Part shown: positions 1 through 12,080 of the stretch, piece by piece
Numbering within the stretch: position 1 is the stretch's first letter
Layout: the number at the start of each line of letters is the position of its first letter
Assembly: GCA_030167865.1 (NCBI GenBank)
Contig: JALAGF010005623.1
Span: 1 to 42,551, forward strand
Length of the DNA: 42,551 nt
Origin: Craspedostauros australis
Taxonomy: Eukaryota
Direction: 5' to 3'
Translations under genes and position numbers: made by a program
Notes under the pieces: model-generated
Told to the model about the DNA's origin: nothing
Seen by the model: the letters and a program-made list of their open reading frames with translations, nothing else
The model's database searches: none

Positions 1-221
1 TGAAAAGTGCATGTGCAGTGCAGTGCATGTGCATGAAAAGTGCGTGTTAATCTGCATGTGAAGTGCATGTGCTCGGAAAGTGCATGTGCATGTGCAGTGC
101 AGTACAGTACAGTGCAGCCGAAGTGCATGTACATGCGCATGTGCAGTCGAAGTCCATGTGCAGTGCGCACAACTGCAATGCACATGCGTTGCACGTCCGC
201 CGGACATCCGCTGCACGTGCA
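1..221. repeat. TGCA/CATG-rich degenerate tandem low-complexity repeat next to an assembly gap
   Basis: Recurrent AAGTGCATGTGC-like and TGCAG/TACAG units throughout; ends at the N run 222-347. ORFs here are His/Cys/Met low-complexity shadows. Confidence 0.75.
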
Positions 222-1126
222 NNNNNNNNNNNNNNNNNNNNNNNNNNNNNNNNNNNNNNNNNNNNNNNNNNNNNNNNNNNNNNNNNNNNNNNNNNNNNNN
301 NNNNNNNNNNNNNNNNNNNNNNNNNNNNNNNNNNNNNNNNNNNNNNNAATCGCGTTTGTTGATGCATCATGACCAACCAGTTTGCGAATGACATTTATGC
401 TTGTGGCGGAAACAAATGCATGCTTCCATACAAGAATCATTGCGCCCTGTCCTCCAGACCTGTGATGCTCTTCCGAAACGAACACGAACGTCAGATGTTG
501 CGCCATTGCTTGGATGCAAATAGCGCACACCACTATTCCGTTGTCAAGGAACAAGCCCAAGCGTGAGCGGAGAAGAGCAACACTGCAATTGTCGCAAACA
601 TGTTGTCGTCATTCTCAGGATAAGTATGCACAGGACATTGTTCTTTGTTACCACGTCTGTAACAATGGTGTTCTGCATTCGCATCCTCCACATCGGGTCT
701 CGCCTTGCATCAGGATGCCAAGTTGAGGCTGAGAACGGGAATGCCAGAACTTTCTCTGTGTGGTGGAAGGAGAAGAGCGTGCTCGCACTTCACCACACAT
801 TCCAACAGTGCTGGGTATGCGGCAATGCAATGAAACAGCATATTTCTCCGCATGCACCTTGAGTACGCAGCACCACATTGGTGCGCCGCGATGCGTCAGC
901 ACCAACCCCAAAACCGATACGCAGCNNNNNNNNNNNNNNNNNNNNNNNNNNNNNNNNNNNNNNNNNNNNNNNNNNNNNNNNNNNNNNNNNNNACTCCTCC
1001 ACTCTACTGCACTCCCACATACTCTGTATCTCTCTTCCCTCACGAATACAAGCAAACATCAGACAACCAGGTGTGCGGTCATGAGTGTAAATAGACCGCT
1101 CCGCCGTCTTCGAATCACAACTGCTA

Positions 1127-1940
1127 TGTTCTCCGCATGACGCACTTGGATGCGCACACTTGCTCTGCTTGCAGCAATCCACCACCAATGAGTGCCATCT
1201 GTGTATCGCGCAACAGCAATCGGATTTGCGAAGAAACGTGCGTGGGCGAAGCGACTAAATGAGAACANNNNNNNNNNNNNNNNNNNNNNNNNNNNNNNNN
1301 NNNNNNNNNNNNNNNNNNNNNNNNNNNNNNNNNCGAAAACAACACGACTTGAACGTGTCTCGGAAATCGCGATACACAAAGTTGATGGTATCATTGTACA
1401 ACACATGGAGCAGTCGACATGGTATATGTGAAGTTCTTACAAAGCACTACACATGATGCCAAACAGATGCAATGGGACTCGTTTTGCAATCTTGGGAAAT
1501 ATGGGAAAGNNNNNNNNNNNNNNNNNNNNNNNNNNNNNNNNNNNNNNNNNNNNNNNNNNTGTTCTCCGCATGACGCACTTGGATGCGCACACTTGCTCTG
1601 CTTGCAGCAATCCACCACCAATGAGTGCCATCTGTGTATCGCGCAACAGCAATCGGATTTGCGAAGAAACGTGCGTGGGCGAAGCGACTAAATGAGAACA
1701 GTCCAAAAACGCTCTTTGCAAATGCGAGTAGAATTGCACAACCGGCAACTGTTTGTTGGAACAGCGAAAACAACACGACTTGAACGTGTCTCGGAAATCG
1801 CGATACACAAAGTTGATGGTATCATTGTACAACACATGGAGCAGTCGACATGGTATATGTGAAGTTCTTACAAAGCACTACACATGATGCCAAACAGATG
1901 CAATGGGACTCGTTTTGCAATCTTGGGAAATATGGGAAAG
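1127..1940. repeat. ~380 bp direct duplication (copy A 1127-1509, copy B 1560-1940), probably an assembly overlap artefact
   Basis: Both copies start TGTTCTCCGCATGACGCACTTGG and end GGGAAATATGGGAAAG. They are separated by N run 1510-1559. The N run inside copy A (1268-1333) corresponds to readable sequence ~1701-1764 in copy B. Confidence 0.85.
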
Positions 1941-4700
1941 CAATAACAGGAAATGCTGACATTTTCCCTACATCCGGGAAAATGTCGTCTATTTCCCCTG
2001 CTCCCTGCCATGTTGTCTGTCGCTTCGTACGCTGCGAATGAACCCACTGGTGCTCACCGATCAAGTCTTCTGACTCATCATCATCATTGTCGTCGTCGTC
2101 GTCGTCTTCGTCGTTGTGATGATTATCGTCATCACCGAAGAAGGCTGAAGGCAACTCACGTCTGTGTCTGTTTGTGTCTGCGCCTGCGTCGGGGTTGGTC
2201 TTGTCGTGCCTTCACAGGATTGTTAGGGTCTTGCAACGGCTGTTTCCGTTGCGATTGCTGTTGCAGCTGATGTTGATGTTGTTGTTCGCCGGGGTGGTTT
2301 GCAGGGATCAGTGTCGTCTTGGTTGTTTGTTTGTTCAAGATTTTGTGAGCGAAGAATGAATGGTCTGGGGATGGGAGGCTCATCCTCTCTCATTGTCTTT
2401 TGGAGCGAGTTGTTCGTGCTGTGCTCGCGTTGTCACTGTTGCCAGGCGTTCGTACAGGTGATCTCCTCGTTCTTGTGTGGCGTTCCTCATCTTCACCCCC
2501 ACGTGAGTAAACAAGCAACCAAGGCAAGTGAACGCACACATACGCACAGATCACCTCGTTCTTTCGTCTTTGACACAGGCGTGCAAGCCAAAGCGAGTGC
2601 AGCGTCCCCGGCATCAACGCCGTTCTCCCAGCCAAGGACAACAAAGGAAGATCAAGAACCGCGCTGTGGAGATTACATCGCGAATCAACGCGTTGCATTG
2701 GCGCACGAAATGGCTTCCTTCTTCTTCGCGTTTTGTCATCATTGGTTGGTGTCGTGCATCCGTGCGAGTCGTCGTAAGAAGTCCTCGGCGCGCCATGGAT
2801 TTTATTTCGTGGATCCCAAGGCGCTTCGGGTTGCCATGAGCGTTCGCGTTGCAGGTAGAAGTCGCGCCACAATCCAACCACAGATCCCCACCAACCACCA
2901 CGAGGCGCCAGGAACGCGCAAACGTGAGTGTGAAAAACTGGAAACGAACTGCTGCGTCATGCCCATGATTCTCTGTCTGATGGAACGTCAACATCGATTG
3001 CAGCAGCGACTGCAACGGCAACACCGGATTGAAACATTGGATGGCCACGAGACCACCCGCACGTGTGTCCACACGTGCACAAAACTTCAACAATTGGAAC
3101 AAAGAGGCGCCCACTTGTGATCACTACTACCTCTGGTATCAATACGGGGAATGATTCCGTTTTCCGTTTCTGTCGAGCGAAAGACCATCTTGGTGGAGAT
3201 CATATTTCCGAACAACTGCACCCATCCTGTTGCTTCAGCCCTGCCGCATCTCTTCTTTGTGCTTCCACCACCATTCTGCATTGTCATGAATTGAAATCGG
3301 GCTTCTCGAAATTATCTGTATTTTGGTCACAACCAATCTCTCGTTCGTGTTTTGCCGTCCGCAAAGGACGAAAACGAGAGGCATCATCCTCGATACCCTC
3401 GACAAATTGGAACCTGCGCCCTTCCGCCGTCAAGAGTGTAGAACCGAACGGCGATTCCAGGGACTTCGTCTGCCTGCGATGGGGATGACCTGTTGAAGAA
3501 CCATCGGTGCGCGATGCTACCAGGGCGAAGACGGTTTTCAGAGAGTATCCGCAGCACTCCTGATCGTATCCATTGGTATGCATGGTGCGCTGCGATTACT
3601 CGAGCAAGCAATCCAACCAAATGCCGACATCTGCTTGGCAGCAGTGACCGCACGCCGAGTCCTTGAGAGGATCCTTTGTGCACAAGGATGACAGATGTGG
3701 AAAGCGAAGCGGACACGAGATGCGTCGCATTGATCACATCTGAGATTCTTGCTCCGCAACTTCGTCGCAATGGCCCTGCTGGCAAGGTTGTGGTACCGAT
3801 GTCACGGATGCAGGACTTGGCAAGCCCCTTCCGCACAGGGGGTCGTTCTTGTCGATGTTCCTTCTGCGTACAGATACTGCCCGCTCTGGGCACGAGGTTT
3901 GCAAGCATTGGTCGTTTGGAAAGCGTTAGAAACCTGTATCTACGGTAACAGTCCCTGTTATCGCGGTGTGGTGTACATATGCAAGGAGAGTAGATTATGG
4001 GAACAATCTACAATACCAATGGCATCCTCTATTCCAATACTATTCCACATGAGATGTCACAGTGTATCCATTTCTATCATGGATGTGCAATGCGAGCATC
4101 GGGATGGACACATGTGGTGACTTGATACCACAACTTGTGGCTCGTGCGAGTACCTCTACCAAACGACTAACACTCAGTTCGCCTCACTTCATCGCGACAC
4201 CACAAATCAAAAAGGTACATTTTGTGAGACAAAACTTGTTTGTGGATTTGGGGAACGACGACGACATGTCTTTTCGACATATTTGGACCGTTGGAGCATC
4301 TCATGTTTGAAACACTATGCATAATAACGTCATATTAACGTTCAGACGAACGCAACGGTCGGATACGCATTTCTCTTCCAACACAAACGAAGAAACCAAA
4401 GAAAACGAAACAGTTGACACCACCCACACCGACACAATCACCACACACGCAGCAACGATCTGGTAATGTCGATCATTTGTTCTGTCTTGATCTTCTCTTG
4501 ATCTGCTCCACTCGACTCTATCTTACACTCTGATTACGAGGAGAGGACGTCCTCCTGCTTCTGGCCATCTTCAAATTGGCCCCATATTGATTCATTTCGT
4601 TCAACAAACGATCACAATCTCTTCATCCAGAACGAAAGCACCTCATCGGTCAACAAACATACCATACTTTACAGTACCGGCGAAAGGAGACAGCTCAATC

Positions 4701-6649
4701 ATGGAGATGACACAACCTCAACCCGAATTGTCGGAGGCCACGGCGTCGGTGTCTCCGCAAAAGCTACTGTCGACATCGTCGCGATCCAATGCTTCCCAAC
4801 CTCAATCTCCCTCGTTGCATCCCGCCATGGACGAGGAGAATGCGTCGCCATACAAGGCCATGTCGGAGCCCGGCGACTTCACAAGTGAGTTTTGATCATA
4901 ACACTGTCTGCCACCACCGCATGAGCATGCAGCTGCTGAGTTGATTGCGTTGCGTTGCGTTCTCGTGGCCGCAGAGAAGCTGTTTATTGTTGTTTCTTTG
5001 CGGATCTCACATCTCCTTTGCCATCTTCACTTGCCACCATCTCATTGCTCACACCACTTACCCGTACATGCACACATGTATCAACATCATATCCACAAAA
5101 CTGTCACACCCCAGAACCACCAAGAGACATGCAGCAATCTGCGGAAGCAGAGATGATCAAGGCCAACGAGCAAAACTCCGAACTGGTCATGGCCTGCTAC
5201 ATCGCCGTGGGTGCCATCGGCGGTGCCCTGGTGCGAATGCTGCTGGCGCAGTTGTTCGGTGAGGAATGCAACAACCCCGGCACCATCGGTTGGCTCAAGG
5301 CCAGCGCGCCACTCTGCGTGACGGGACAGGGTGAAACCTCGCAAGAGGATGGCATCGTCTTCCCCGACCTCGTCGCCAACATCGTGGGCAGCTTCCTGAT
5401 GGGATTCTTCGCCAGCGGCAGTGCGTTGGGCCTGGCGCTTCCGCTGAACATCGCGTGGGTACCGCAGAACCACTTCTTCCAGAGCATGACCATCGTGCAC
5501 AAGGCATTCACCACGGGATTCTGCGGATCGCTGACGACCTTCTCGAGCTGGAACACCGCCATGGTCGTGATGGCGTTCGGCACGGGTGGCGTGAATCGGC
5601 AATCGCAGCTGCTCAAGGCGCTGCTGGGATACATCATCGGTATGGAGACGGCGATCGGTTCGTACATCTGCGGCAACGCGCTGGCACGATATTGCCACAA
5701 GAAGGTGAATCCGATGCTGCACTACGAGACCAAGGCGCAGGCGCTGCGCAAGGAGGAAGGCGTGCACATCTCTAGCAACCTGCCGGACTTCGAACGTCGC
5801 TTCCTGCCGCAGCTGCAGATGAAGATGGAGAACTACGGTGAGACGCTGCCCATGGACCGCGTCGAGATGCTGGAGCATTGGCGCGTTTCCACCGTGGGCG
5901 TGCGGCGCGTGCGGCATCCCGAAGTCAGCATGCTGGAGTCGATCGAGACGCAGATGCTGGTGGAGCTGCAGCAGCAGGTGTCACCGGATCTGGAACACTT
6001 CGCACGCGCTCGCGGATGGGATCTCGACGCGTTGCAGCAGTGGGTGCTGTTCCGCTCAGGTCGCGAGATGGATCGTCTGCCGTCGGTGTCCACGCAATCC
6101 ATGACGGGAGTTGGTGTTGGCGCGCCCATCAACTGGAAGGCGTCGCCGTTGTTCTCTCTGCCCGTGTCCGCGGTGCTGATCTCCTGCCTGATGGTGGCGC
6201 TCGCCTTCTTCCTGGTCGTGCTGCGTCAGGACGAGAAGACGACGATCACGTACCGCACCATGTCCTACTCGATGTTGCTAGCGCCCCTCGGTGCCATCAG
6301 CCGGTGGCAGCTGTCGAAGCTGAACGGCAAGCTGGTGGCATTTCCGTGGTTCCCGGCCGGCACCTTCGCCGCGAACATCTTGGGCAGCATCGTCAGCATT
6401 TTGACGGTGGCGTTGGAGTACAGGTTGGAGGTGCAGTACGGTGACTTCGACTTCTGGACGGTGGGAAGCATCCGCGCAGTGCGCATCGGGCTGGCCGGTT
6501 GTCTGACGACCGTGAGCACGTTCGTGTCCGAGATCGTGAAGTTCCTGAAGTCGAACACGAATCATGCCTACCCGTACATGTACTGGACGTTGGGGACAGC
6601 AGCCGCGATCTCCGCATTCATCTATGGCCTGGCCGTGTACTCCATGTAG
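4701..6649 (+). CDS. FEX: Fluoride exporter FEX (two fused Fluc/CrcB domains); exons 4701-4884 and 5115-6649
   Basis: Domain 1: GGALVR (GxxxR), ANIVGSFLMG, TTGFCGSLTTFSSW. Domain 2: LGAISRW, GTFAANILGS, GLAGCLTTVSTFVSE. Intron GTGAGT(4885)...CCCCAG(5114) is phase 1 and joins MEMTQPQ... in frame. Confidence 0.9.
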
Positions 6650-7016
6650 AGCGGAGGATTCAGATGTGCTCTGCTCGTAATATGAGAGTTGGTAAGAGAC
6701 AGCACTCGGAGGACATTCAAGTTCAATTATCTCAATTGAGCTCGGCCAGGATGGGGGGATACGCCGCGTGCTGGGAGTACTTGCTCGTATAGTAATCTAT
6801 ATAAATGTAGATATGTCCATGCGTACATACAATGCGTGTAGTGAACCATTGTGGAATGCCTTTCAAGTATAATATAATACATGCATAGAGTAGAGTTCTG
6901 AATTGTCGTGCATAACCAGCAATCTATCTCTCTATCGACTTGATAGTGTTACTGTTGCGTTGGAGTACGCGAATGGAGGACCTCCTCGCTGGATAGTTTT
7001 CTGCAGATGCGGCGCA

Positions 7017-7621
7017 TCAAAACCACTGAGGACAGGGATAGTCTAGATGTTCCATGATGCATCGCTGCTCCGCCGCGCAGTAGCGACCAGGCGTGCAGCT
7101 GGTGCACTGCGTCTGCTTCTCATCCATGCAGACGACGCGGTCGTAGTCGATGTAATAAAAGGGCTGGTGTATGTCGGGATGGAATCGATCCCTGGATGGT
7201 TTGCGGTGGAAGCAGCGCGTCTGCTTGTTGTTGCAGGTGGGGAATCGCGACTCGACGCAAGGGCCGAGATCCGGTTCCTCGTCCGTTCCGTTGTTGCAGA
7301 GATCGGTGTCCGGGTCGAGGAACTCTGCCAGGTTGCGATTTTGCGTCATGTCTTGGTCCTGTGCTCGTTGCGGCTGTTCGGTTGTTTGATGGGACGAAGT
7401 TGAGCAGAACGATGATTGAATAGTGGAGGCAGCGAATTTGTGAGCGTGTTTGTTTGCTTGTATCAGCAAGAACGTGAGCAGCAGGCATGGCAGAACATCA
7501 TCTTGCTGAAGCAGGCAGCAGCATTGACATGTGGGGAACGCACCTGGGTATCGTGGACGCTGCTGGCTGTGCAGGATGTGGCGACGGCGGCCGCCGCAAG
7601 CATGAAAGTATACCGTTGCAT
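7017..7621 (-). CDS. Small secreted Cys-rich protein (~144 aa); exons 7621-7544 and 7373-7017
   Basis: Exon 1 encodes signal-peptide-like MQRYTFMLAAAAVATSCTASSVHDTQ, followed by donor GTGCGT. Acceptor GAACAG precedes 7373; both sides are phase 0. Exon 2 has an RNL motif, then a domain with 10 Cys ending ...YPCPQWF*. Confidence 0.75.
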
Positions 7622-8936
7622 GATGACAATGGCGATGATGGCGATGTTGATGGCTGTCTATGAATGTTGCGATGTTGTGATCTTGCTTGGATGGAAGTAA
7701 CGAAGGTGAACGGAAGAGAATGGGAAAGGGGGAGGGAGTGAGGTTGTGGTGGCGGGAATCCGTCTGCTCTTGGTGGTATGGAAGCGATCGTGGATGCTCG
7801 AGGAGCAAGGAAAGTCAATGGAACACTTGTCGTTCCGAAGAGTATTGCACTTGTGCCCTCACTCCACTGATACCCACACGAGAGGGAGTTGCATCTGCGA
7901 TGCCTACTGCCAACGCAAGGAGGAAGAACATCTGCGCCTGCAACAACAACGACAACAGGAGGAGGACGGCGTGATGTCCATGGTCACCTCCGGAACTGCG
8001 AAAGCGAAACGCTGAACAGCGCAGGCAGTTGACGGTTCCCAACGAAACACTCAGTCGTGTTGCGTCATGTTTGCGTCGGAGGCATACATGGCGTTAAACC
8101 GTTAACCCAAATTGATAAAGGGACATGAGCCCGTAGAATTTTGAATCGTTCGAAGGCCACAGAGACACCAAAGTTGGATGTTTCGTGAGCCGACTCAGTG
8201 TATTAATTTTATCCAGGGCTGAATATATATCATCCGACTTGAAAGAGCTGCGTTGAACAATCTTGTGTCACATTGCCACCACGACGGCGCAATTGTGCCG
8301 AACCAACACACATGGTGGAACACAATTTTTGTGGACGATGGCGCGATCGTCCCACCAATACTCACACAACACGCAGTACCCGTACTAATACTGGCGCAAC
8401 CACCGTTTGCACAACAAGACATCTGCAGGGCCAACGGGGGGAAGTACCAATCAATCGGACCATCGAACCGAAGTGAAGTGAAGTGGAGAGCGAGAGGGAC
8501 AAAGCAACAACAAATCCCAAGCGACGGCAAGGCAGCGGACAAAGCGAGGAAGGGAAGCATCCGAATCATACCACCACAACAAGAACAACAACAAGAAGAC
8601 GCACGACGACGCCTCCACAAGCACAAACGGCTATCTGCAGCAACCGCATCTGTTCACATTCTCCTCTTTGACATCGTCAACACGCTGGGCACGCTGAATG
8701 GTTCCATCGATCGCATTGAAAGCATCGACATCATCCGCAGCATCCACAACGATCACAGGCATCGGCCGTGAGTGTCCATACCGCCTATCACCTCTCATAA
8801 CACACATCGTGGTTGGCTGAAGTATAGTACTCTGTCTGATAGTCCGCAGGTCCGACTCCTCCACAATCTGCAAAGCGTTGTACCAACGAACGAAGCAAGA
8901 AGAACGAAGCATTATACCAACGAAGCAAGAATAACC

Positions 8937-11067
8937 ATGGACGGAGTGGAAGTGCAGGTGCAAGAGCCCGAGCATGCTCAACAGCCGCTGCAGCGGCAAC
9001 CCTCGCACCAGTCACAGCAGTCACAGCAACCCTCGCAGCAACAGTCGCAGCAACCCTCGCAGCCTCTGTCGCAGCGGCAGCATCAGCAACGATCAGTGAG
9101 CACGGGCCGCGGCTCCTCATCCTCCGACAAGCAGCGCATGTCCTCGCTGACCACCAAGGTCTTCGAACTCAGACCTCCGATGTCCATCACCGTGGAGGGG
9201 GCTTCCAGCACGGCCCCCACCAGCAAGAGCGCCACGGACGAAGACGCAGGAGGCTACCTCGACGGCTACCTCTCGGGACCCATAGGCGCCACCACCCCCA
9301 ACCCCACGCAGTCCTACTCCTACCCGGACTGCGACGAATCCTCGCTGGGCGGTCTGGGCGTGGAAGAGAAGGACGACGAAGACAGCAAGCAGCAGGTCAA
9401 CCGCTTCAGGGTCATCTGCTGCGTCGCCCTCGTCGCGATGCTCTTCGGAATCACGGGCGGCATCGCCACGCTCCTCATCAGCATCGATGGTGGCAACGGC
9501 GGCTCCGCCAGTTCCAACGAGGATGTGGATGCCGGCCAGGGCTCCGGTGGCGGCAACGCTCCTCCCACTCTTTCTCCCACTGCTTCTCCCACGGCTTCTC
9601 CTGTTGTGCAGCTCGTTCCAACGGAAAGCCCCACGACATCGCCTGTGGAGGACCAGCAGCAGCAGACACCGCAGCCCACTGCGGGATCCTTCACCAATGA
9701 GCCCACTGGACCTGCTGCTGCGACGCCCGTTCCCACGGAGATGCCTTCCACGTCGCAGCCAACCTCCTCCCCCACCCTGTCGCCCGCCACCATCCAATAC
9801 GAAGAGCTCCTCGACTTCATCATCGACAAGCAGGGAGGCCAGCCGCCTTCCAACGACCCGCAATCGCCGGAGCAGATGGCGCTTTCCTTCCTCATCGATC
9901 AGGACGGTGGAGTCACCCTCGAGGTGGCCTGGCAACGCTACCTGCTTCTCGTTCTAGAGAACACCTTCCTCCTCGATGCGTCGACATCCGTGCCCGCCTC
10001 CACCCTCTCCTTGAGACATGCCGGTCAGCGCAGATCCCTCGCGGACGCTCCCACCACCATCGCGGTCAAGAAGGTCGCAGAATGCAATTGGGCCGGAGTC
10101 TCCTGCAACCAGGACGGCCACATCACGGAGTTGCGCTTCGGAGCCCGGGGCCTGACGGGAAGCATCCCCTCCCACATCAAGTACCTCACGCACCTCACCA
10201 GGTTGGAGCTCAACGACAACAACCTGCAACAAGCCATCCCGGAGGACCTCTACGACCTGCTAGAATTGAAGCACCTCATCCTCTACAACAACAACCTCAT
10301 GGGCACCCTGTCCGAGGCCATCGCACAAACGCAGAAGCTCGAGCGAGTTTACCTCAACGGCAACAACTTCAGCGGGAACATTCCGCAGGGTCTCAAGTCG
10401 CCTCCAGGTCAACCTCGTCCATTGGGTAAGTTACATGCTTCATGTCATGTTGTATGCCATGCTGTATGTCGTGTCATGCCAACTCACACCATATCTTCTT
10501 CTCAACACAACACATCATAACACGACAACAGAGTACCTCAACTTGTACAACAACGACTTCAATGGGCCCATCCCCAACGGTCTGGAGCTCCCCAACTTGG
10601 TGTTCTTTGATGTTGGAAGGAATCAGCTGGGCGGCTGGTTGCCGAATGACCTTGCCGACTCATCCACCTCCTTGCGCTATCTGCATCTGGATCACAACAA
10701 GTTCGTCGGAACCTTCCCCACCAACTACGTCAACATTGGCAACGGAGGCCTCATCACCCTCACCTTCAACGACAACAAGCTCAGCGGCGATCCGCCGAAG
10801 AACTTTCCGACACAAAGTTCATTGGGTAAGTAACGCATGCGCGTTGATGTAAACTGCATTGTCTCTCTCACGCATCGATTCTCACACTCTCAATCATCTC
10901 ATCTCTTCACTCCAACAGTCCAACTGACGATGCAAAACAACCTCTTCACGACCAAGCTCGACAAAAAAGTCTGCGAACTCTCAACGAAGGGTTCCATCGT
11001 CGAATTCGAGGCCGACTGTTTGATCTGCGACTGCAGAGAGCTCTGCGGCCAATGCTCGGCCAAATGA
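8937..11067 (+). CDS. Membrane-anchored leucine-rich-repeat protein; exons 8937-10425, 10532-10825, 10919-11067
   Basis: Gln-rich N-terminus, one TM (VICCVALVAMLFGITGGIATLLI), Pro/Thr/Ser stalk, N-cap (ECNWAGVSCN), plant-type LRRs (LxxLxLxxNxLxGxIP) and a Cys-rich C-cap (EADCLICDC...). Two phase-1 GTAAGT...CAG introns restore the frame. Confidence 0.88.
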
Positions 11068-12080
11068 TATCCACACACTAGTCGTTTAATGAGTACTCTA
11101 ATAGAACTTGTATGAGTACTCTCCAAGCCACGCCAGGTGGCACTCCACGAAATCAGCGATGGTGACAAAGCAAGCACACGAAACGTGAGTGCGCAAGCAA
11201 CAGATGGGCACATCACTTCTCAACATGTGGATACAACGCGTCGTCGCTTCAACAGCATCACGAACCATGAATCGACAGCCGGAACAGTGCGCCTTTGTTC
11301 GAGTTTATGCATAAACACTGGCACCAAACGGCGGTGGAGTATGAGTGTTTGATCTACTCAGATGAGGACGATGCACAATTCGGTTCGGTATTGTGACAAT
11401 GTTAAGAATCACCCAGGTGCGCGAAAACCGAAAATGTGAGCAAATTTTTTCGACAACGCAGGCGTACTTCGTGACAGAAGCGCGCCTTGGCCGTCCCCTC
11501 ATCTTCTGTTCTCCAAACATCACACTTAACGGCAATTCACAAAAGCCGATGTCGAACGAAGAGCCATCACAATTCGTCGACAAGCCACAACAAGATGAAG
11601 ATACCCATGTCTGGAAGTGAGGGGTCGTATGAATGACGATCTTCGTTGTTCATGCTATCATACTACGGTGAACATCAACCCTGACCAATACCGTCCTTCA
11701 CCTATACATTCTGCCGCGTGAGCGATCGCAATGGGACCATTCGGTCCTGGCATGCAAAGATGGATGAAGGAAGCGGCGTGTCAGCTATGGAAATGATCGC
11801 AACGTTGCAACTCAACGGCATTTCCAACTCAAAGAGTAACTGAGAAGAAGATAGAAGCAGAACTTGTGATCGCGATTTCGCATGCTCTAATGGCCGTGCA
11901 AACACCCCAGAGTACCGACTCAACATGCTCCGGATGTTCACTATCGTCGGACATCTCTGTGGCGAAAAACCGATGTTTCGCTGATGCACCATTTCACCCC
12001 AAGCCCATCAAGTGCTCCAAATTAGACTCTGCATTCAGGGCAGATGTTCATCATGTTCGTACTGCCACACCATCCTGTTG

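Noticed and set aside
1127..1940. Duplicated block as LTRs or a CRISPR-like array
   Set aside because: Copies appear identical, abut N gaps and enclose no internal domain or spacers; most simply a scaffolding overlap.
1822..3120. ORFs with poly-Asp or Gln tracts and the 273-aa ORF at 2299-3120
   Set aside because: Driven by microsatellite-like tracts; I could not build a consistent spliced model or find a family motif.
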